A DNA stretch of 64,000 nt from Yuukianura sp. NJ FZ-2021 (lineage: Eukaryota). The notes under the pieces were generated by a model, which was not told the DNA's origin, searched no databases, and saw nothing but the letters and a program-made list of their open reading frames with translations. This document shows, one piece after another, positions 24,246 through 32,744 of this stretch. The stretch covers positions 12,338,001-12,402,000 of the forward strand of contig CM102285.1 of the NCBI GenBank assembly GCA_046563655.1. The letters are read 5' to 3'. The position numbers were made by a program, and so were the translations under genes. Within the stretch, counting starts at the first letter, position 1; each line of letters begins with the position of its first letter.

Positions 24246-24873
24246 TCAACGCGACGAGGATTTCGGTTTTGGAGGAACCCATGATTCGATTTTGGGTTTT
24301 GTTGTTGTATAGGGCACGTACTGATCGGATGTCCCTGACTTGTTTTCGGTGTGGTCAATTATCCAGTCGTATTTGACTCGAGGCTTAACTGTTGGTGGTA
24401 AATCGGTTTTGTAGTGAAGCCAGCCATACCATTCAGCTGGAACCATACTTCCGTCATAGTCCACTCCATGCTTCACGTTGTAATCCACCCATCGGTTCCT
24501 CCCTATGAATTTGACATGAAATGAAACAAAAGTCACCGATTGACCTCATCCATGTAAAGCAAAGAGAAAACGTACGAAATTGGTTTCAATGTCATAATAT
24601 TGAGTTATTACCGTAGAAGTATGCGTTATTTTCGTAGTACTTGTTTCCATACTTGTCTTCTCCAATCAATGTCCCAATCTTCAGTTCTTCGGTCCTGTAA
24701 CACAGTTCAAAACATTTAAATTACTTGAACAATTAAGTTAAAACTGAAGTTAAACATTGAATTAGTAAATTTCGGACTTACCGATATAACGTTTTGAAAG
24801 AATTCCAAACTCCACCATTGGCCCTCACTATTCTAAAGAATTTCGAAACTTTATCCAAGCCAAGCAACGACAT
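24246..24873 (-). CDS. NDUFA12: NADH dehydrogenase 1 alpha subcomplex subunit 12 (3 exons)
   Basis: MSLLGLDK...[25 protein letters not shown]...GRNRWVDY...[15 protein letters not shown]...[17 protein letters not shown]. Confidence 0.95.
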
Positions 24874-25543
24874 TTTCCGACAAACGTTTAGAAAGTATCA
24901 GTAGAAATCGAATCGAAGCAATTCTTAAATTCAAATTCAAAAGAAAACAATTTTAAACTTTTTTTTTGAAATTTTGAATTTTGAAAAATATTATTTTGAA
25001 ATTGCAAATCAAAATACCACTCCCGCCTTTTTGTTTCCGTCGTGTCACGTTCGAACTTCTGCATCTCGGTTTCCACGAACAATAACTGGTAATCGTTCGG
25101 AAAAATATGGAAAGCATAATTAAAAATTATGAAAATGCAATAATTAATTAAAATTAATTAATTTGTCAAAATCTTTCTTTAAAAATTTTTGTACAAATTC
25201 TTACTTACCTTTACAAATTAATTAGTAGACGAAAGCTCAACCACAGCTACAGCGCAGCAGTGTCTCGGACACAAAACTAAAATTCCATTGTTGCTTTTAA
25301 AACAAAGCGTGGGTCAGCTTTGACACTTTAAAATTAATTAATTAATCCCCGAAAACCTCAAAAAAAAAAGAAGATTAGTCAAATTTTGACCCGGAAAAGC
25401 AACTTTACATCGAGTCAGCCAAAATTGCAAAACATACTTTTTAATTTACAAGAAACTGATTAAAACAATGTATGGTCGTAATTAAAAAGTACTGCCAAGT
25501 CCCAGCTTGGAGTTAATAAGGGTGTTGACACTTAACGACTCAT

Positions 25544-25847
25544 AACTGTGGCGGTGACTTGTGGTCCACATTCGGGGAATTACAGGCGTCTATATGTTGA
25601 CCTTAGCAATAGATTGCACTGTCCTGACCTTGAGGAAGTCCCTATGACTAAAGTGGAAGCCGAGTTGCCTATCCCTAAGTTCCCTTCGCTTCCCCAGCGA
25701 ACACCCCCCCCCTACTTCCCCTCGTCAAAATTACCATCCCCCTCCCCACGACCAACCCCCCCCCCACTAGCTATAGGGTAGGGGGTCACCGAACTCGGTA
25801 ACTAAATCGGGATTTACACCAAGTCACTGCCACTAAGTTTTTTTTTT
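25544..25847 (+). ncRNA. RNase MRP-like RNA copy 1 (S-domain deleted, C-rich P19)
   Basis: P1 GTGGCGGTGACTTG (25548-61)/CAAGTCACTGCCAC (25820-33); P2 TCCAC/GTGGA; CR-I GGAAGTCCC; P19 CCGAGTT/AACTCGG; CR-V AACTAAATCGGGATTTAC; T10 terminator; upstream PSE-like element at 25469. Confidence 0.7.
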
Positions 25848-26221
25848 GTGGAAAGTAATAGCTTAGAAATTGTAGCGTAAACGGAAAAAATATGAATCGA
25901 TTTTTGAAATTTTTTGAGATTATGAAAAATTATAAAGCTGTCACAGTAGTTTAAAATTTTTGTTAAAAATGTTTTTCCAGTAGAAGGAAAACCAGAAAAC
26001 GTCACGGGTTTTTTTTCTTCGCTAATTTTCTTCTTAATTAATTTAAAAAAAAATCATAGGTTTGACAAATACAAAACTAAATCACACATTTTACATGACA
26101 AAAGGACCAACGAACTCAACAGGAACTCATGATTTCAATTAAAGTTTTTATATGGTCAAATGTGAAAAGTACAAGTGAGAATAAGGTTGGCGTAAATTGG
26201 AACTTTTAGCGGGGAAAGTTT

Positions 26222-26562
26222 GAATGTGGAAGTGATTTGTATTCCACTTTCGGGGCATATGGGAAGTAGGGTAACCTGGTTAAGGTAACCCGCGAATAAG
26301 CACTTGACCCGGGGAAAGTCCCTAGGCATGGGGGTTAGAGATAACCTTTGGGTACTTAAGGGCTCCATTAAGCCGTGACGTTTAAGAATTGAGCTGGGAT
26401 GACCTTAAGTGGCCCATTTGCCATAGTTTCAGAACCATGTGGAAGCCTCACGATGCTCGACTGCCAAATGCCAGTGCTGACAACACCCAAAATCAAAATA
26501 AGTCTTGTTTGTGAGGTAACTAAATGGGGATTTACACCAAGTCACTTCCACTCAATTTTTTT
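26222..26562 (+). ncRNA. RNase MRP-like RNA copy 2
   Basis: P1 GTGGAAGTGATTTG/CAAGTCACTTCCAC; CR-I GGGGAAAGTCCC; P8-like GGTTA-GAGA-TAACC; CR-V AACTAAATGGGGATTTAC; T7 terminator; PSE-like element at 26149. Confidence 0.82.
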
Positions 26563-26949
26563 ACAACTATTTCCATGAAGAAAACGTAAATAAAAGCAAG
26601 AAAATTATTACCTGATGGGAAGCTAGTACAATAAAGTTTTTGCTAAAAGTTTTTTTTGGTAAAAATTTTGTTAATTTTTGCTAAAAGTTTGATCAAATCT
26701 TTACTAACTGCTTGCAGTGGAAGAAAGTAGAGACACCGAGACAGACATGACAAGTGAAAGGTTTCTCTTTTTTTTTTAAATCGGTTCACCGTAAATTTAA
26801 ATATAAATGGGTTTGACAAATAAACATGAAAAAAATGTTTTGATCACAAAAAGACTAAAAAGCTGGCGTGGTCATGCATGAGTGGAAAGCAAAAGTGAAA
26901 ATACGGTTTAGTATAAATTGGAACTTTTAGCATTTATCAGGGAAAGTTG

Positions 26950-27022
26950 GAATCTGGCGGAGATTTGTATTCCTCATTCGGGGTAAATGCATTTGGTAAG
27001 TTAGTAAATGACTTCCGGCAAA
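26950..27022 (+). pseudogene. 3'-truncated RNase MRP-like copy (degenerate promoter plus first ~70 nt)
   Basis: Degenerate PSE and TATAAAT at 26912, then a 5' segment similar to copy 5 (ATTCGGG...AGTAAATGACTT.CCGGCAAA) that stops before CR-I. Confidence 0.7.
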
Positions 27023-27209
27023 TTAAAATTAAAATTTGGCGAATTTGTAATTTTAACGAGAAGGAATACTGTATTTCGGACCAGTAAAAATTGCAAAACA
27101 TAGTTTTTAATTTAAAGGAAACTGGTTAAAACAGTGTATGGTCGTAATTAAAAAGTACAACCAAGTTCTAGCTTGGTGTTAATAAGGGAGTTGACACTTA
27201 AGGGTCCTT

Positions 27210-27715
27210 AAGTGTGGGGGTGACGGGTGGTCCACTTTCAGGGATTTACAAAGCTGCCTATTGCAAACCGCGTAGGCAGCGCAGTTCTGCCTGTTGTTGT
27301 CCTGAGGAAGTCCCCAGGCATAGAGGTGTAGCATACCCTGGGCCCTTAAAGGGTCCAGTCCACTTGACTTGGACTCCATAGGCTATGACAATTAGCAGCG
27401 GGTGTTAATTGAGCTGGGAAGTCTAAGTGGTGGAATTGCCTTAGTTGAGACTAATGTGGAAGCCGAGTTGCCCACGTCCATCATCGAGAAACGGCCGGAC
27501 CGGCCTAGGCTAGGAGGAACTAGGAAGATCCTAGGTGGAATGCTTAGGGCTAGTACAGTTCCTCTCCCTAAGTACCCTCCCCTTCGTCCAAACCACGCTG
27601 CCGAGCGTACCCCCTCCCCCCTCTGCGACAGCCGACCTGGCTATAGGGTAGGGGACACCGCACTCGGTAACTAAATGGGGATTTACACCAAGTCACTTCC
27701 ACTCAATTTTTTTTT
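27210..27715 (+). ncRNA. RNase MRP-like RNA copy 3 (longest, 205-nt P19 domain)
   Basis: P1 with G.U pairs; P3 TCAGG/CCTGA; CR-I GGAAGTCCCC; P19 CCGAGT/ACTCGG; CR-V; T9 terminator; PSE-like element at 27135. Confidence 0.78.
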
Positions 27716-28106
27716 CCAAAATTTTGACGTAAACGTCGCAGCAACAAACTGAAAAATTACGGTACGGAACAAACTGACGGTAAACTTGCACAAGACTTTT
27801 TAAAGAATTAAATACATATATGAATCAAAAATTTGGTAAAAGCTGCAGTAAGAAAAAGCGGAAAGATAGAAATGGCACGCCCAACTTTTTTTCTTCGTCG
27901 ATAGTTTTGTTCTTTAGCGTAAATTAAAATATAATTATGGGGTTCACAAATATGAATAGAAAATTAAATTCTAAATTTTCGATGACAAAAGTACTGCGGA
28001 ACTCAACAAAAATGGTTTTTTAATTAAAGTTTGTGTATGGTCGTATGTTAAAAGTGCAAATGAAAATAAAGTTGGTGTAAATTGGAACTTTCAGCGAGGA
28101 AAGTTT

Positions 28107-28492
28107 GAATGTGGAGGTGATTTGTGGTCCACTTTCGGGGCAATTGCGATGAAAGGAAGCCCAGTAGGGAAACCTAGCACTTGACCCGGGGAAAGTCCCT
28201 AGGCATGGGGGTTAGAGATAACCTTTGGGTACTTAAGGGGTCCATTAAGCCGTGACATTAAGAATTGAGCTGGGATGACCTTAAGTAGTCCACATCACAT
28301 GCCATAGTGTCAGAACCATGTGGAAGCCTCACGATGCTCGATTGCCATTACAAACAACAACCAAACACCAAACTCACTGAACTCACGTTCAGTGAATACA
28401 AAACTCACGTCAGTGAATACTACAAAACACAGTCTTGTTAGTGAGGTAACTAAATGGGGATTTACACCAAGTCACTTCCACTCAATTTTTTT
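28107..28492 (+). ncRNA. RNase MRP-like RNA copy 4
   Basis: Same core as copy 2; A/C-rich 120-nt P19 with an internal duplication; T7 terminator; PSE-like element at 28034. Confidence 0.82.
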
Positions 28493-28902
28493 ACAACTAT
28501 TTACATGGAAAAATGCGAGATCAGAAACCAGAAAATTACCAACCGATGGCAAACTTTTTTGCTAAAAGTTTTATTAATTTTTTGCTGAAAGTTTTATTCA
28601 ATTTTTGCTAAAAGTTTGATTAAATTTTTACTGTTTGTAGTAGAAGAAAGCAGAGAAACGGAAGCGGAAACGACAGGTCAAACGATTCTCCTTTTTCAGT
28701 TCGATTCATCGCAAATTAAAATATAATTAAGGGTTTGACAAATGAGCATGCAAACTATTAATTACACCTCTTTTGACAACAAAAGGACTAAAAAGCTTAG
28801 TTAAAATGCACATTTTCAACTAAATATTGTTTATGGTCATACGTGAAAAGTGCATGTCAAAATACCATTGCTTTAAATAGGAACTTTTAACAGGGGAAGT
28901 TC

Positions 28903-29315
28903 GAGTGTGGAGGTGATTTGTGTTCCACATTCGGGTAATTGCGTAGCGAGGGTTTAGTCAGTAAATGACTTGCCGGCAAAACTAACCCGAGGACAGTCCC
29001 CAGGCATGGGGGTTAGGGATAACCTTGGGGACACTAAGGACACTAGTTAAGCTGGGACACTTTACGTTGAGCTGGGTGACCCTTAAGTGGCCCACTTGCC
29101 ATTGCACAGGACGATGTGGAAGCCTTACGATGCATGGTGACGGGTGCTCACTGAAGGGGCAGGGTGCACTTGTGGGGATTGCCGTGCCTCACATCTGTGA
29201 AGTGCGGAAGTCGGCGTACGACGACTTCCATCACGAGGCCTTTGTGCAAGGGAGGTCTCTATTCGTGAGGCAACTCAATGGGGACTTACATCAAGTCACT
29301 TCCACTAATATTTTT
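28903..29315 (+). ncRNA. RNase MRP-like RNA copy 5
   Basis: CR-I variant GGACAGTCCCC pairs with CR-V variant TGGGGACTTAC; structured 148-nt P19; T5 terminator; PSE-like element at 28830. Confidence 0.8.
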
Positions 29316-29387
29316 GCAATTTAAAAATTTTAGAAACTATAAATATGTGTATTAGTTACAACTTTATAGAAAAAGTGAAAGCTTTAC

Positions 29388-29587
29388 TATAGTTGGGGCA
29401 ACCAAAATAGACCCAAGTTTTTCTAGAGGATACTCGCACTCACGCCCTTCTCCAACTGGCACCCGCTTCTCCACTCAACTCCAAAATGAACCTCCCATCT
29501 AAGAAGAGACTGCCAGAAGCTTTACAGAGGTGTGAGTGCGAGTATCCTCTAGAAAAACTTGGGTCTATTTTGGTTGCCCCAACTATA
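29388..29587. mobile_element. Tc1/mariner-like MITE with 56-bp perfect inverted arms (including TA ends)
   Basis: 29388-29443 is the exact reverse complement of 29532-29587. It begins and ends with TA (probable TSD) and has an 88-bp non-coding core. Confidence 0.8.
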
Positions 29588-29863
29588 CAAATAAATATAA
29601 TACCCCAACTATACATATACAAAGAAACACCTTTACTTTCCTTTTCACCACACAGATCTATTAGACGCAAATAGAAAATTCAAACAATTGGAAAAATTTA
29701 TAATTGAAAAGTTAGCTTTTTTCTTTCACGCAAAGAAAGAAAAGTTAGTAGATTCTTTCACGGACTAGCCTCAGTCTCTTTTAAATGTAGTGGATGGTCG
29801 TCTGTGAAAAGTACATGTAAAGATTCCACTGGTTTAATTACGAACTTTTATCAGGGAAAGTTT

Positions 29864-30139
29864 GAGTGTGGAAGTGACTTGTGTTCCATGTTCGGGGCAG
29901 GCTCTGATACTGCGAACTTTCCAGTAGAGAAAGTTTGCTGGAAATTGACCCGAGGAAAGTCCCCAGGCATGGGATTAGAGATAATCTTGGGGGGTACTTA
30001 AGGGTTCCGCTAAGCTGTGATATGCAAATTGAGCTGGGGTGACCTTAAGTGGACCATTTGCCATAGTTAATACACATGTGGAAGCCTAAAGAAGGTAACT
30101 GAATGGGGATTTACACCAAGTCACTTCCACTCAATTTTT
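29864..30139 (+). ncRNA. RNase MRP-like RNA copy 6 (minimal P19)
   Basis: Perfect P1 GTGGAAGTGACTTG/CAAGTCACTTCCAC; CR-I GGAAAGTCCCC; P8-like GATTA-GAGA-TAATC; P19 CCT-AAAGA-AGG; T5 terminator; PSE-like element at 29791. Confidence 0.83.
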
Positions 30140-30454
30140 ATAAAATTGTTTTCATGAATGAGAATTAGCGAAAAAGTGAGAAAATTATCAACCGGCGATT
30201 AACTAAATGATTTCCAAAGTTTCTTTTTCTCAAAATATCTTTTTCGTAATAAATTAAAACTAACAGTGAGCTTATAACAAATAATATTACAGAAATAATA
30301 TAAATATTACAGAAACATTGTAATTAAATTGTCTAATCCGGACCAGAGTTTGATTAAAAAGCATATTTTCATTAAGTTCGGTGTATGGGCATCAGTGGAA
30401 AGTACAGGTGAAAATGACGCTGGGATAAATAAGAATTGAAAGCGTGAAAAATCT

Positions 30455-30787
30455 GAATGTGAAAGTGACTTGTGTTCCACTAACGGGGCAATTGCATGGA
30501 TCGGGATCAAGTGCCATTGAGTGGCTCTCGATCCGTGCAACGACTCCGAGGAAGGTCCCCAGGCATGGAGGTTAGAGATAACCTTGGAGACACTTAAGGG
30601 CACCACTTAAGCTGGGACACTAAGTTGAGCTGGGTGACCATTAAGTGGCCCGCTTGCCATTGCACAGGAAGTTGTGGAAGCTTCACGACGTCAGTGAAGT
30701 CGAAAGTTAATCGGCTTCTCGACTGGTTTAAATCGTGATGGGTAACTCAATGGGGATTCACACCATGTCACTTTCTATTTAATTTTT
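30455..30787 (+). ncRNA. RNase MRP-like RNA copy 7
   Basis: P1 GAAAGTGAC/GTCACTTTC; 15-bp P3 extension TTGCATGGATCGGGA/TCTCGATCCGTGCAA; CR-I GGAAGGTCCCC; CR-V AACTCAATGGGGATTCAC; T5 terminator; PSE-like element at 30382. Confidence 0.8.
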
Positions 30788-31004
30788 GTTAAATTAAGAC
30801 TATAATAAATGAAACAAAAACTCAAAGTTTAAAGTGCATCACATTCACAATTTCAAAGTTTTTTTTTGCAAGGACTTTTGGGAATAGGGCGAACAAATCA
30901 ATTATTATAAATTATAAAAATATAGTAGGAAATGAAATTTCAACATAAAATGGCATATTATCTTAAGGTTCATAGTCCAAAGATGCATATTAAATTAAAT
31001 ATTG

Positions 31005-31051
31005 TGTATGGTCATATGTGAAAAGTACAGGTGAGGATTGCTGATTATAAA
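31005..31051 (+). promoter_or_regulatory. Type-3 Pol III promoter (PSE-like 25-mer plus TATA); representative copy, repeated before every RNA in the array
   Basis: Consensus TGTATGGTCRTNNGTGAAAAGTACA starts 76-79 bp before the P1 helix in all nine copies. An AT-rich TATA-like box lies ~30 bp before the inferred start. Confidence 0.75.
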
Positions 31052-31076
31052 GTAGGATCTCAAAGCAGCGAAATTT

Positions 31077-31498
31077 AAGTGTGGATGTGACTTGTGTTCC
31101 ACTTTCGGGGTATGGGCGTCTGGGCCAAGGATTGCCCTGTAGAGGCAATCTTCTGCTGTCGGACGCCAAAAACCCGGGGAAAGTCCCCAGGCAAGGGGGT
31201 TAGAGATAACCTTGGGACACTTAAGGGCTCCATTAAGCTGGGACACTTAAAGTTGAGCTGGGATGACCTTAAGTGGCCCACTTGCCATAGCACAGGACGA
31301 TGTGGAAGCCTCACGATGCATGGTGATGGGTGCTCACCGTAGAGGCACGGGGCATCTGTGGGAAGTACCGTGCCTTCCCGGATAGAAGATTTAAGAGACG
31401 GCTTGCCGTCTTAAGACCTTGGCCTTCGGGTAAAGAGGTCTGTATTCGTGAGGTAACTAAATGGGGATTTACATCAAGTCACGTCCACTTAATTTTTT
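31077..31498 (+). ncRNA. RNase MRP-like RNA copy 8
   Basis: P1 GTGGATGTGACTTG/CAAGTCACGTCCAC; CR-I GGGGAAAGTCCCC; multi-hairpin 145-nt P19; T6 terminator; PSE-like element at 31005 and TATAAA at 31046. Confidence 0.83.
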
Positions 31499-31998
31499 GA
31501 AAAAGTTAAACAAAGTTAAAAAAAATTTCATTTTCTAACTAAAAGTAAAATATTAACTATTTTAACTAATATTAACTATTTTACTTTTACCCTCATTAAA
31601 AAATGAAATTTTTTAACTTGCCAATTCGGGTTAATTGAATTTACTATTTTTAAAGCACAAAATGAAAGGCGGAAGGCCCATTTATGTTTTTCTTTCTTTG
31701 GAGCGGCTGTTATGTAATGAAAATCAAGTGCTATGCAAAATGCAAGGGGAGATTTTACTGGTAGAAAATAAAAATAACCTTGTTAAAGGTAATTTACTTG
31801 AAACTGTACCATTTAATTAAAATTATTTTTAAACAAATTCATAAAAATAAGAATAGAAAGTTTCTGCTGAGTGGAATTAAAGTTAAGCAAGAAAGGTCAA
31901 GTCAGGTCAATTTGTCAAAAGCTATGTATGGTCATGCAGGGAAAGTCAGTGAAGTGTATGTGTTGGTACAAATAGGACAGGGAGAAAAGGTGAAACTA

Positions 31999-32273
31999 AA
32001 ATGGAAGTGACCTGTGTTCCACTTTCGGGTTGTTGTCTAACAGTCATGTGTTGACAGTTGGGTTAACCTGGGGAAAGTCCCCGGGCATCTAGGTAGAAAT
32101 ACCCTGGACACTCCGTGTTCAGCCCAATCACCCCAATGCTTTCTTATAGGCTGGGACAAATAATTGAGCCGGGAAGATGTGGGTGTAGGGTTAGCCATAG
32201 CACAGTTTAATGTGGAAGCCTTTAATTAGGTAACTCAATGGGGATTATACCAGGTCAATTCCATTAATTTTTT
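31999..32273 (+). ncRNA. RNase MRP-like RNA copy 9 (most divergent from the others, closest to canonical size)
   Basis: P1 ATGGAAGTGACCTG/CAGGTCAATTCCAT; CR-I GGGGAAAGTCCCCGG; P8-like GGTA-GAAA-TACC; CR-V AACTCAATGGGGATTAT; T6 terminator; PSE-like element at 31925. Confidence 0.82.
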
Positions 32274-32744
32274 GAACTAACACGGTATTTAACGGGAAAA
32301 GCGATTCATGACTTACGTTTTCGGGGTATGGCGGCGTCCTTGGATTGTCGCGAAGGTTTAACAATCCATGTCATAGCACATTGAAGTTGAAGTCGATGTG
32401 TTGATGTTGCAGCAGAATTTCAGGAAACTGGAAAAGTTGACGCGCCCACAAAAAAAATTGAGATGCTGAAGTTCGCTTAACCGAATTTAAACGTGTTTGT
32501 TGGATAACGCATATATCAACATGGAGTTTAATTTAAATTCGGTATTAAATGAATTAACTAACTAAAAATGTTAAAGATCTTACAGGTAGGTGTATCGTTA
32601 CAAACAAACACATGCTCTCAGTCTCTGTGAACAAAAACAAACGCACAAAATTAGTCCAAAATCCAACAATGGCGAAGTTCTAGAAAACGTTAGTTTCAAA
32701 CGTTTCTTGAAGGAGGAAAAACTAACATTTACGAACAGGAACTC

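Noticed and set aside
25548..31342. Short ORFs overlapping the repeat array (e.g. MEPLS...RLSLTP, ...LKWPTCH.TGRCGSLTM) that resemble one another
   Set aside because: The similarity comes from the repeated RNA genes. Frames, starts and stops are not conserved between copies, and substitutions preserve base-pairing rather than codons.
25420..32273. CRISPR array, SINE/retroposon cluster or satellite as the explanation of the repeats
   Set aside because: The context is eukaryotic, the units are 275-505 nt and there are no cas genes. External upstream promoters are co-duplicated, with no poly-A tails or TSDs. The internal motifs match the RNase P/MRP core.
26222..32273. Assignment as nuclear RNase P RNA, 7SK, SRP or telomerase RNA
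   Set aside because: The P4 strands are of the GUCCCC/GGGG (MRP) type, not GUCUGAG/UUCAGAC. No SRP helix-8 or Alu motifs, no 7SK GAUC repeats and no conserved telomeric template were seen.
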